Assembly: GCA_964016885.1 (NCBI GenBank)
Contig: OZ024741.1
Location: 29,388,001-29,452,000 of the forward strand
From: Eledone cirrhosa
Lineage: Eukaryota
Reading direction: 5' to 3'
DNA: 64,000 nucleotides
Positions 14,001 through 29,847 of the stretch are shown here, in pieces. The first letter of the stretch is position 1, and every line of letters starts with the position of its first letter. The position numbers and the translations under genes are program-made. The notes beneath the pieces were generated by a model that ran no database searches, was not told the origin of the DNA, and was given only the letters and a program-made list of their open reading frames with translations.

Positions 14001-14479
14001 GCCACCCTCAATTACTTCCTTCGTCCAAAGAGTGGGACTACTGCGGGAGTAGTCTGTAGAGCCATAACGGTAGGAGCGTTGCATTGCGTTCGAAGCGGGA
14101 AGGTAATTCGTATTCACAGTTCGTATTTGTAGGATTCATGGAAGAAGTGTCATGGGAGTAGTGAATTCACAAGCGGTCCCCCCAAAAACCGCATGTATAT
14201 CCCGAACGAGGGGAAAAAACGTCCTGTTTGCCGCAGATTCTCCACAGATGCAGGGACAGAAACGACCCGAAGCCGCCGGTGGCCAGAACAGATACATCTT
14301 GGATTTTCACCAGAGCTCCTTTTGCTGGGTTGCGGCTCTAATACCGCTGGGTCTCAGACTAATCCGCCTTGGGTGGCCCTACCAGGAAGCGAAGGTCCCG
14401 ACGGCATAGCTCTGACACTACCCGTTGCCACCGCCCTGCCACGTTGAAGACGGGTTGGACTTTAGGGATCGGATTTTAG
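11030..14479 (-). mobile_element. Near full-length RTE-clade LINE, frameshifted
   Basis: APE ORF 12824-14011 (CWNVRT, LSEVR, SVYAPT, QIDYIL, SDH). RT ORF 11763-12929 (YRGISL, GVRQG, LAYADD) and downstream LYGCETW. (AGTACA)n tail. Candidate TSD GGTTC(G/T)ATCT at 11020-11029 and 14480-14489. Confidence 0.92.
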
Positions 14480-14916
14480 GGTTCTATCTATATCGATCTG
14501 ACCTGATTCTATAATACGCAGCTCGTCAGACCCCTTGTAATGTTAATATATATCTCTCTCTCTATATATATATATATAGATATACAAATGTATATGTACT
14601 TGTATTACGGTAATGTTCTTTGTATTTATATTTATTTGTGAATTATTCAATGGGTTTGGGTGTTTCTGTGTCTGAAATGTAGTTTCTGGGAGATACTTTC
14701 CTATATAAACGATTTTTTATATCTGTGCATTACTTGTATGTATGTATGTATGTATGTATGTATGTATGTATGTATGTATGTATGTATGTATGTATGAATG
14801 TATGTATGTATGTATGTATGTATGTATGTATGTATGTATGTATGTATGTATGTATGTATGAATGTATGTATTTATGTATTTATGTATGTATGTATTTATG
14901 TATTTATGTATGTATG

Positions 14917-15360
14917 TTCTTCTGGTTTTATAATTTCACAAATGTTTACCAATAGAGAGATTCGGTTTCCAACATAGACACAAGCCTCTCTCATTGGAAT
15001 TTACACAACATCAACTAGGTAGATATGTATGTATGTATAGATATGGATGTTATTGTATGTGTGGATGTGTATGTTTTGAGTTGCATGTGTGCATGTGTAT
15101 ATGATTTGTATCTGTATATGTGTATATGTAGTTATTAGATGCAACATTTTTGGAATGTTTTACATATTTTTACTGTTCCATTAATGGATTGTACTTGAAA
15201 TTTCCTAACTAGTTGTGTTCTTTCTGTTCCTGTGAAGCCCAGCTTCTCAAGATTTGTATTGAGGCAGTTACTAACATACTCCAGTGCCCCAATAATCACA
15301 GGCATAAATCTGAAGGTGTAATCAGGGTGGAGTATCTGCAGATTTCTCATCAGTTCTCCA
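14917..15360 (-). mobile_element. R4/Dong-like RLE LINE (family B), 3' fragment
   Basis: ELMRNLQILHP..PVIIGAL..GTVKICKTF is homologous to the family A C-terminus. Flanked by (ATGT)n on both sides. Confidence 0.8.
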
Positions 15361-15502
15361 TGTATGTATGTATGTATGTATGTATGTATGTATGTATGTA
15401 TGTATGTATGTATGTATGTATGTATGTATGTATGTATGTATGTATATATTTCTTTTTTTAAAATTTAATTTAATTTTTTATTTTAATTTTTTTTTTCTCC
15501 TC

Positions 15503-15537
15503 GTGCAATGGCCATACTCGATAACGAGGAGGCAATC
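15503..15537 (+). mobile_element. Isolated 3' terminus of the zinc-finger RTE family
   Basis: GTGCAATGGCCATACTCGATAACGAGG matches the RTE terminus at 39170-39197. Confidence 0.7.
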
Positions 15538-15692
15538 AGCGAGCAATCAGTCTCATGTATGTATTTATGTATGTATGCATGTATGTATCTATGAATGTAT
15601 GTATTTATATATGTATGTATGTATATATGTATTTATGAATGTATGTATGTGCTCATATATGTTGGTGTGTATGTGTTATATATATATATAGT

Positions 15693-15723
<31 letters not shown>

Positions 15724-15759
15724 ATATATATATTTATCTATATATATATATATATATAT

Positions 15760-15952
<193 letters not shown>

Positions 15953-16644
15953 TGTGTGTGTGTGTGTATGTATATAAATATATAAATACACACACACACA
16001 TACACACACACATACATACACACATTTACACATATAAATATACACACACACACACACGTACACACACACACATATATATATATACAAACACACGTACATG
16101 TAACAGACGCGTACATAAATACATATAATCATAAGAAAGAAATATTTCTGAAAACTATATTTCCATCTCAGTGATCGTATGTAGACCAGTATAATGTCAG
16201 TGCTAATTTCATTTTCCTTATATTAACGATGCCTGCCTGAGACATCATCGATATATAACAAATCATGGATATTGAATCTAATTCAATTGATTGTCTATTT
16301 ATAATTCATTTACTGCGGGACAATTAAAATTTGCAAATAATATCTGATACTTATCGAATGACTAAACATCTTAGATGTTTTCAATTTCATAAAGGTCGAT
16401 GGAAAGAAGAAGGAAAGTAAGGAAATAAGAAAGGATTATTCTATGAAGTGGTTCTTCGTTTGTTGGTGATGTGTTGCTGAAAGATCACCTCTTCGTCTCA
16501 CTGATTGATTTATAGAGAAAAAAGAATGAAAAATGAAATGATTGTATATGTATGTATGGATGGATATATATATGTATCTAATTATGTATGTATACATACA
16601 TATATATAATATATATATATGTGTGTATTATATATATATATATG

Positions 16645-16728
<84 letters not shown>

Positions 16729-16774
16729 TTTCCTTGTTGTATCCCAACAAATTAAATATAACTTCTACATATAT

Positions 16775-16822
<48 letters not shown>

Positions 16823-16931
16823 GAAGTTATATTTAATTTGTTGGGATACAACAAGCAAATATTTTTATAACTGATATAAAGCACTCAACAAATTATTGGA
16901 GTAAAAATACAATATATTAACAAATGGAAAC

Positions 16932-17000
16932 TATATTACATTATATATATTTCAAGGACACCAAAGCAAATTATGGTGCGCTTTCATCAGATAAAATATA
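16932..17000 (-). ncRNA. Type I minimal hammerhead ribozyme motif in a PLE family-B pLTR (16818-17045)
   Basis: Minus strand: TATATTTTAT-CTGATGA-AAGCGCACCA..TGGTGTCCTT-GAAA-TATATA-TA/ATGTAATATA. Confidence 0.75.
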
Positions 17001-17129
17001 ATATACATCAGTTTTATAAACAAATATTGACATACCCTTAAAGAATGCGACCATGTCGGTTGGAAGCTCCCGGGGGCTTTTGTGGCATCAGTCCTGGAAA
17101 TTTTCTGACCTACCTCGTATATACATACA

Positions 17130-17184
<55 letters not shown>

Positions 17185-17703
17185 AATTAGTATATCTACC
17201 AACATATATATACAGATGCATACCTATGCATACCTTGCTAGCATAGGTATGCATCTATATATATATGTTGGTAGATATAGTTATTCTTCATAATTAACTC
17301 CAAATGATTTTGTTGAGCAAACATTTGCCAAAACTGCTACTATAGTTCATAGTAATAGTCCGGCTACTGTCTTATTAGCACCCCACTCCTCACTGATTAA
17401 CCTCGATGTCACGTGATGGAATCTTTTGAATTTGCCACCGACCAAGTAGGCAGTGATTTTTTCAATGTCTTGGAATTTAGTCCTCGCTTGCTTTTTTCCA
17501 TCCACTGAATTATTTTTGTATAAGTTCCCCTGTATCCACGCATCGCCTGGGAACTTAGCTGAGAATAGACTTCCTGATGACGAAATGCTTTCTCCATGCG
17601 TTCCATTCGGAAACCATGTTTATTCCCTTTCAGAAACTAATTAGTTGGAGTGAAATTTTAGTAAGTAAGTTAATTTTTATAATTTTCTTACTTTACGTCT
17701 TTC

Positions 17704-17762
<59 letters not shown>

Positions 17763-17886
17763 CAAAGATACCTCAGAGGACACCTTTTGTCTCGATCGGA
17801 GCCCACACTGTTTCATACACACTCACACATACACACACACATATATATATATATATATCACACACACACACACATATCACACACAC

Positions 17887-17921
<35 letters not shown>

Positions 17922-18007
17922 TATGTGTATGTGTGTGTGTGATATACACATTCACAGCCATATATATCACACATACACACACATATATATATCACACACA
18001 CACACAC

Positions 18008-18087
<80 letters not shown>

Positions 18088-18215
18088 TATATATATATGT
18101 GTCTGTGTGTGTGTGGGTGTGTGTATGTGATATATATATGTGTGTGTGTGTGTGAGTGTGTATGAAACAGTGTAGTCCCCAATCCAAACAAAAGGTGTCC
18201 TCTGAGGTATCTTTG
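17763..18215. repeat. ~450-bp imperfect palindrome with unique outer arms and (AC)/(GT) inner arms
   Basis: CAAAGATACCTCAGAGGACACCTTTTGT..CTGTTTCATACACACTCACAC on the left and its reverse complement at 18145-18215. Confidence 0.75.
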
Positions 18216-18911
18216 ACAGCATTTGGCTGTTTTAATGACTGTTCTAGCGACGATGTGTTTTCTCATTTTATATGTATTTATTTGTAAATACATCGCCGCT
18301 TCGTCTCGACCGGAGACAACAATGTTTTGTTTTGCCTTTATCTTTATCATAGCTATGATTAGCTCTCTATTTAGTACATACACCACAGCTTTATGTCCAC
18401 TATCCCCTTATGTTCTGTCCTTGATTTCTTTCGTCCTTCTATTTAATCTATTTGTTTTATCATGCACACATCATACCTGCAGAAAGATTTATTTTTCTGC
18501 TGCACGATCCAGCATTTTAAACTGGTACTCTTAATTAAATCCTGCGAAACCATTTTGTTGTCAAATTAGAATGGTAATTATATGTTACCAACATTGGAAC
18601 GTTTCAAGCGAAGAGATGTTATGAAATTCATGGAAATTGTAATTCCTATGCACGGAGAAAGAAATATTCCTGTTGGTATGATGTGTGCGCGATAAAACGT
18701 ACAAATTAGATAGACAAACTGACAGATCGGAAAGAGAGGAGTTAAGTATGTCGTCTTGGCACCAAGTCACCTCTAGAAAGGACAACAAAAGCCCTGGCAC
18801 GGCGGAAGTTATAGCAACCGGAAGTAACAAGTAGGACCTGTTCGTAGGACAAGAGAGAATAGAAGAGTGGTGGAGAGAAAGAAAGGAAAGGATGGAAGAA
18901 GAGGAAAATAA

Positions 18912-19090
18912 CTGTTTCTACTTTAGGCACAAGGCCAGCAATTACCCAGTACATTACTCGTGCTTCATTTTATCGACTCCGTAAGGATGAAAGGCAAAGT
19001 TAACCTCGGCGGGATTTGAAATCAGATCATAAAGGACGTAACTCTATGCTAGAAAGCATGGCGTCCAACCCTCTACCGATACTGCCAATC
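18912..19090 (-). mobile_element. Nin-like SINE copy
   Basis: Matches 2910-3085. Confidence 0.8.
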
Positions 19091-19243
19091 AACCACCGTA
19101 ACGTAATTTGTTCGTTTTGTCGCGCACATATCATGCCAACAGATATATGTATTTTTGTATTACACGAGCCGGCAATTGTATGTGGTACTCGCAACTAAAT
19201 CGTGCGAAATCACAGCCGGTTTGAGAGCTGAAGAAGTCAAAAG

Positions 19244-19431
<188 letters not shown>

Positions 19432-19613
19432 GATAATGTTTCGTTCATATTTCCTTCATTTCTTGCTACCACTTCTGTGGGCCAACACACTTCTAGCCAC
19501 TGATTTCTGTCTTTGAGGTAACTTTTATCCGACGCTGCCATCGACGGCATTTTGCTGTTTTAACAGCTATTCTTGCATTGAGTTTTTCTCATTATTCTCA
19601 TTGTCTTCGAGGC

Positions 19614-19703
<90 letters not shown>

Positions 19704-19783
19704 ATTGGTGCTCTGAAATAGCGATGTATACATGAATGTATGTATACATGAATGTATGTATACATGAATGAATGTATGTATAG

Positions 19784-20997
19784 CCAATCCTTCGTAACAA
19801 CCAGAATGGATTTAGGAGAGGTAGATCAACACTTAGCCAGATTCTCTGCCTTCGTCGACTTATAGAGGAGTCCCAAAACCGCAATCTAGACCTTGCACTC
19901 ATCTTTGTTGATTTTTCAAAAGCCTTCGACTCAGTCGACAGGTCGGGGATGTTTGAAATTCTACAACTCTATGGGATTCCTGATAAAATCATCGCGGCCA
20001 TACGTGTAATGTATACAGATACCAAATCAACTGTCCTGACCCCAGATGGGGAAACACCACCTTTCTCAATCCTCGCTGGAATTTTACAGGGCGATACTCT
20101 TGCTCCGTATCTATTTATCATTGTTGTGGATTATGTTTTGCGCATGTCTGTGGATAGGATTCAGGATAGGGGATACCAACTACAGCCTAGGAGAAGCTCA
20201 CGCTACTCAGCAAAATACTTGACCGACACCGACTTTGCTGACGACATCGCATTGATCAGTCGGTCACTGGAAAATGCTGAGAGTCTTTTGAAGTCATTAG
20301 AGCAAGCGTCCAAGTGTGTTGGACTGTACCTCAACGAATCCAAGACTGAGTGTGTGAACAGATGCGCAAACAGCCCAAACTACCCCATCAGAACACTTAA
20401 TGGTACCAACCTTAAGCAGGTGGAAGATTACAAGTATCTTGGTTCATATATCTCCTCCTCCAAAAAAGATTTTCTAACCAGGAAGGATATGGCATGGTCA
20501 GCGTGCAATGACATGCACGCCATATGGACATCTCAGCTTACCAACAAGCTAAAACTGGAAATATTCCAAGCAACCATTAAGCCCATATTACTTTATGGAT
20601 CCGAAACTTGGACACTAACATCACAACTTGAGAGGAGATTGGATGGCACATATACCCGCCTCTTAATGAGAGTGCAAAACCTATCCTGGAAACGACATCC
20701 CACCTTGTCTAAAATCTATGGCAATCTCCCTCGAGCCTCTGCCCTTCTAAAATCCCGGAGAGCTCAATTTGCTGGCCACTGTCACCGTGCCAGCAATGAA
20801 ATCATATCCGCTCTCTTGCTCTGGAACCCTGACTCCAGCCTGACTAGGAGTAGGAAGCTGTCATTCCCTGACGTTATCTCTAGGTATACGGGAATCAGCA
20901 GACAGGACCTGGGGGGAGCGGTGGGGGACAGGGGATTCTGGGGCATGAGAGTGAGATCCATCATCTCGACAGTAGTCGACGAGTGATGATGATGATG
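19784..20997 (+). mobile_element. 5'-truncated RTE-group LINE (RT C-terminal half, open frame)
   Basis: Motifs NQNGFR, FVDFSKAFDSV, GILQGDTLAP, DFADD, YKYLG and LYGSETW. (GAT)n tail. Candidate TSD ATGTATAG at 19776-19783 and 20998-21005. Confidence 0.88.
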
Positions 20998-21296
20998 ATG
21001 TATAGTATATTTGGCAATATAACGTATGTTTAATTAAAAACATTTAGAAGAGCATACGCTACCAGTTTCGAAGTAGTGACTATGTCACTTACTTCTTTTC
21101 GACGAAAGAAGAGAGAGGAGCTGACAGTCTGTTTCACGCTGGTTGCCGTTAATCAGAGCCACGTGCTCCCCTGCTTTCGCCGAAAATTATAGAAGCTGAA
21201 TTCTTATAGAATTCCAGTAATAATCAGGAGGTGATTAAACAGAGCGATTGCCGGTCACCGGCAATCGCTATAATATATAAATATATTATATATATA

Positions 21297-21340
<44 letters not shown>

Positions 21341-21861
21341 ACGGCGATGAAGTTAATATAACATAGAAATTAGAATACTATTAATTAGAATAAACATAGA
21401 AATGACCCAGCAGATAGGCAAATCAGAGCGGTCAGCGAAATAGAACTTAGAAGGCCAAAACTAAACAGAAAACATGAATGGAATAACAACAACACCCAAA
21501 CAAACAATACTGACCTAAGAGAAATATAAATAAATAAATAAATACATACACAAGCACAATAACAACAAACACATATAAACACACACTAGTAAACTAAGAT
21601 AGAATACAATAACCAAAACACAGTCACCCAAACACGAACACACAACAAACACTATACACACACGCAAATGCATGCGCAGAGAAGAAGACAAAAATAAATA
21701 AATAAATAAACGAATTAAATAAAGATGGCGTAGACATACAATACAACAGGAGGAAAGATAATAGCACGACTGATGATGTTGCAGATGTGCAACGAAAGAA
21801 CTTAATAATATTAAGTTGAACTTAATAATATTAAGTTTAACTTAATATTATTAAGTTAAAC

Positions 21862-24347
21862 TTAATATTATTAAGAACAATATACGTAATCTCTTTAATC
21901 AACATAACCTAAAAATTGAATTTGATAATAGTATCAAACTAGCTAATTTCTTGGATGTATCTCTTAATCTTGACACTGGCCTATATTACCTTTACCATAA
22001 AAACAATGAGAACCTTAATTATGTTAACTTTAAATCTAACCATCCTACCAATATCAAGAATGATATAGTTAATAATATTGGAAATAGAATATCTAACATA
22101 TCTTCTAATAAAAACATCTTTGATGCTAACGCAAATTACTATAATAACGCACTTTCTAAAGCCGGCTATCCAGATAAAATCAAATATAATAAAGAAACAA
22201 ATTCTAGAAAAACTTACAGTAGAATAATTAATCATGACCATTCCAATAATTTTAATAAAAGACCTAGATACAAAAACATAATCTGGTATAATGCTCCTTT
22301 CTCCATCTCTATTAATAACAATATTCCTAAATTATTTTTTAGTGCCTTAAATAAATGCTTCCCTCCCTCACATATCTATAGTAAAATATTTAACAAACAC
22401 ACCATCAAATTTTCGTATTCTACATCCTCCAATATTTCCAACATCATCTCTAAACACAACAATAAAATACTAAATACTAAATCTCTTCCTTCCAATATTG
22501 AATTTCATAATAACAGTAATAGTACTCCCGACGTCATTGTAAACCCTAGGCTAACTTCTGTAAACCCAAATACAACGTCAAACACAACTTCGCTAAATGT
22601 TCATAATCCAACTCTAAATCAAGAAACTATTATTCCTATTATTCCTATCGCAAACAACTTCTCCAATCCAATTCCTTCTATAGATAACACTAGATCACTC
22701 ATTAATAATCTCTCTAATTGCAACTGCCGCATTAAAAATAAATGTCCTCTCAACAACCATTGTCTCGATAAAAACTTAATTTATGAATGTAAAATTATAA
22801 CTAGCACCAATTCCTTCACCTATTTTGGCTCCACTTCCACCTCTTTTAAAGCTCGTCTCTATAATCATCATTCATCTTTCAAATACAAACTTAAAAGAAC
22901 TAACACTGCTCTCTCAGAACTCATATGGTCCTTAAAAGACAAAAACATTAAATATACAATCTTTTGGAAGAAGATTTCTTCTGCATCCTCATACTTGAAC
23001 AGCTCTCTATCTAAAATCTGTAATCTCTACCTAAATGAAAAATTTACCATTATCTCTAACCTAGATTCTATAATAAATAGACGCACATATTTGTTTTCTA
23101 TCTGCCTGCATAAATTCCATAGAACTTTTCACAAAGTATACAGTTAATATTCAATTCTTTATCAATATAGAATCTTTTCTCAAAGGCACATATACATACA
23201 CCTCTTTAAAATATACCCATCTACCTTACTTTAAAGGGCATTATACACTCTATAATACTTGTTTACTCATTACCCTCATTCTATCTTCTCCTTGTAAAAT
23301 CATAACATTTGTTTTGACGTTAGAATATTCATCCGCAATCATTATTATTTTTTCTCTTTATCATAAATCTTTTTAATCTCAATTTCATCCTTAATTTATT
23401 ATTATTTTTTTCTCCCCATCAACGAACTCATTATTAATACATATTAACTCTTTATTCGCATATATTGTCAATTCAATCAATATACAAACTTTAACTTCAC
23501 ATTACTTTTCTCAAATCCTTCTACACACAAACCTTAATAATTTTTCTCTTCGTTAATTTTGAAATTGCCACAATACATACATTTCTTTTTTTGACGTTAG
23601 AATATTCACCCACAATTATTATTTTTTTCTCTCTATCTTCATACATAATTTCCCTTCGTTAATTTTCAAATTCCTTTAATTTATACATTATCTTCCAACG
23701 GTTCCCAACCTCTCTATATTAAAACAATATATCTTTTTCTCAGTTATAAAAACTATCTCTTTCTCTCTATCACCCATCTCTCCCTCTCCACCTTCACTCT
23801 CATCTCCTCCCCCTTTTTTTCATCCTTTCCACCCCCCTCCCTAAATAAAATATTTTTTCCTCGCACATATCCTCCCTTCGTTAATTTTCAAAATTTTTAA
23901 TTTATACAGTATCTTCCAACGGTTTTCAACCTCTCTATGTAAAAAATATATCTCCTCTCAGTTATAAAAACTATCTCTTTCTCTCTATCACCCATCTCTC
24001 CCTCTCATCTCCTTCCCTTTTCATCCTTTCCCTCCCCCCCTCTCTAAATAAAATATTTTTCCCAATATCACACATCAATCTAAAACCACTTTTCATATGT
24101 TGATTTAAAACTGCACTATCCACAAGTGTTTTTTAGCCTTCATATCATGTTCTCCTGTTTTATCTGATGAAAACACAAATATTATTGCATGATGATGTTT
24201 GTTTTTGAAATGCGCATAATAAAATATATGGAACTCCTTTAACCATCTTTTGATCTTATATTATGCATACTCCAGTCCTACAAACTGTAGAGTGCTTCTT
24301 ATCCGATATCTGCATTGCTTTATTGTACTACAATAAAACTCACCTCC

Positions 24348-24352
<5 letters not shown>
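21862..24352 (+). mobile_element. Penelope-like element (family A), 5'-truncated
   Basis: ORF 21951-23147: NFLDV, SNHP, IIWYNAPF, KFSYS, CNC..CPL..C, LIY..TYFG (GIY-YIG), C..CLH. Followed by a 3' UTR with HHR motif, then (TA)n. Confidence 0.92.
24156..24226 (+). ncRNA. Type I minimal hammerhead ribozyme motif (palindromic stem III)
   Basis: TGTTTTAT-CTGATGA-AAACACAAAT..GTTTGTTTTT-GAAA-TGCGCA-TA/ATAAAATA. Confidence 0.8.
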
Positions 24353-24437
<85 letters not shown>

Positions 24438-25139
24438 AACACACATTTTTATCTGCTTGGCTTTTGCTGTAAATAACTAACTTTTATATAGCACACTATG
24501 AAGAATTTTCCATCTTAACACAGTAAATTCATCCCATAAAAATGAAGCTGGTTTCTAAGATAGATAGATAGATACTTCATCATCAGGATTTACACATTAA
24601 TAGATGTATAGACTTAAATGTTGAATAACTGAAGAATTTTCCATATTTCCACTCATTCGCTTATAAAATTGACTCGTAGAGTACATATAGATGGAATTTG
24701 TTTTTGTCTGAAAATATTTACCTTTCCAAATTACTGGTTACATATTCAGTAGTATTTACAATAATAAAATTCTACTCAGCTATAGAAACAATCAATAAAG
24801 AAATAACGAGAATGAATTGATGTTGAATATCATTCCCTCCATTGTCACTCGGAATTTCAGGTAGATATGGGTGATATCAGTAAACAGTAAAAGCTGAATG
24901 AAGCAGTGTCCGGCACACATAGGGAAGACAGACTGTTTGCCATAGGTCCAGGACTATTACACAGGGGAATATGTTGTAGAATAAACCTACGTATTACTGA
25001 ATCACAAACATTGCACCTTTTGTTAGGTGTTTTTTTATTTGAAATGGCAATATATTCAAGTTCACACACACATATATATATATATATAAAGTTATATCTG
25101 CTTCTATGCAGGGTGTGTCACTCTTACTCTGTATGCATA

Positions 25140-25330
25140 TATATATATATACAAATATATAAAACTGAAGTTGTCTGTTTGTGTGTGTGTGTGCGTGTCC
25201 TAATTTTGGCAAAGTCTATACAAATCCACATTTCTACTCCGATTGACTTCAAACTTGCATTTATATATTCCTTGCGGTCTAAAGATATTAACTGCAGCTT
25301 TTATTTTTCAATTTTCTGTTGTTAAAGGCG
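25140..25330 (+). mobile_element. Possible non-autonomous Helitron-like 5' fragment
   Basis: TATATAAAA, then a GT-rich tract, then CCGATTGACTTCAAAC resembles the layout of invertebrate Helitron 5' ends. No 3' end identified. Confidence 0.3.
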
Positions 25331-25867
25331 TTTTTTTCACTAAAACTTTAAGCCCTTTTGTCGGAAATTTTTTCTACAATGTTCAAGAGAGACAATTCTT
25401 TAGTATTTTGAAAGATTTACCTCTCTTTATAGACTATATTATCTCTACTTAAAAGTACGCCCCTTGAAATTGTTGATGGTGACCCCCAATAGTATTTCCG
25501 AAGCGTTCGGCATCCGATATAACAGTTCGGTCTATATCAGATTGGATAGATTTTTGTAACCTTAAAAGTATCCAACTAAATTCCTTCATGCTCTCCACCA
25601 CTGCAGTCCCATATGCTTACTGCTCTGTAACTATTGCTTTCATTGTACCATAGCACAACAAATACATGTTCGGTCTGTCGAATGCCGTTTTACTTAACCT
25701 TATCGTCTTGGCTTTCGTGGGTTGAACATTTTACTCTCAGGCACCCAATTAAGTTAAGTGTTCGAATTGTAAAGTATCAGGTTCACTAGGGTGAAAACAA
25801 TACTATTTCATATCGCACATTATTCAGTCTTCTGATATACTTAGAAATGGAAGGATTGCTAATTTTT

Positions 25868-25947
25868 AACACCTACTGATGAGCAGAAAGTTGGTGATTC
25901 CTTCGCTTAATAATTTGCGAAACAGTTCCTATAACTGTGTAGGTGTT
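25868..25947 (+). ncRNA. Type I hammerhead ribozyme motif with full stem III and GUG at the cleavage triplet
   Basis: AACACCTA-CTGATGA-GCAGA..TTTGC-GAAA-CAGTT-CCTAT-AACTG-TG-TAGGTGTT. Lies within a 40-bp perfect inverted repeat (25758-25797 / 26041-26080). Confidence 0.75.
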
Positions 25948-26430
25948 CCGGGCAGGTGCCCAACATAGGTCTCTTCTTCTTTTTCTTGACTTATTACTTT
26001 AAATTAAGTCTGGCAAAACATATTGTTATAGTTAGTATCTTTTTCACCCTAGTGAACCTGATACTTTACAATTCGAACACATGTATGTTTATATTTGTGT
26101 ATATTTCTCTTGTATATTCAATTATATATATATATATATATATATACATAAAGAACAATGCAGGCGTGGTAAGAAACCAGGTGGACCATAACGCACCAGA
26201 AAACATGAAAGGAATATATTATTTTAACGCTTGAAATATCACGAAGAGGGTCTTAAAGTTTCGGATGCCCCTCCTTCATCAGAAGAAAGAATGAGAAATT
26301 AAAGCAAAGGTACTACTCCTGTAGAAGCCATTTCTATATTAAACATGATGTTTACACTCAACTAATGTAGAGAACACCTTATTTATGTGGTTACCCCCGA
26401 TTTAAATCCATATCTACATATATATGTATG

Positions 26431-26488
<58 letters not shown>

Positions 26489-26619
26489 GATAAATCTACC
26501 AAGAGTTTACGGTAGTGTCCAATCCGTATGAAGAACTCAATGTATTCCGGATATCATGGAAAGAAGAGATGTAATGAAAAATCACTTTCGGTGAAAGATA
26601 AACGGTATACAGAGTCAAG

Positions 26620-29605
<2,986 letters not shown>

Positions 29606-29847
29606 TTACATCTCTTCTTTCCATGATATCCGGAATACATTGAGTTCTTCATACGGATTGGACACTACCGTAAACTCTTGGTAGATTTATCTACATAATT
29701 TTGCTCCTATTTTCACGGAAATATTCGTATTTTTGTACTGTATGTGTGTATTAATTTTATATTTATGTATATACATATATATGTATGATTTTGTAAACCC
29801 ATATACATTTAGTTGAGCTCTTTCAATTGTCCATCATCCATATCACA

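Noticed and set aside
14461-14482. TTTAGGG telomere-like motifs
   Set aside because: Only two dispersed copies, at the RTE 5' end. Not an array.
17560-17630. CTGATGA-CGAAATG..CATTCG-GAAAC hammerhead-like core
   Set aside because: Stem I does not pair adjacent to the core.
26245-26290. Minus-strand CTGATGA-AGGA..TCC-GAAAC hammerhead-like core
   Set aside because: No complementary stem I or valid NUH site found. At best a decayed remnant.
29740-29812. Possible retained intron in the PLE 5' leader (GTATGT..TTTAG)
   Set aside because: Such motifs are ubiquitous in this AT/GT-rich DNA. It cannot be supported without transcripts.
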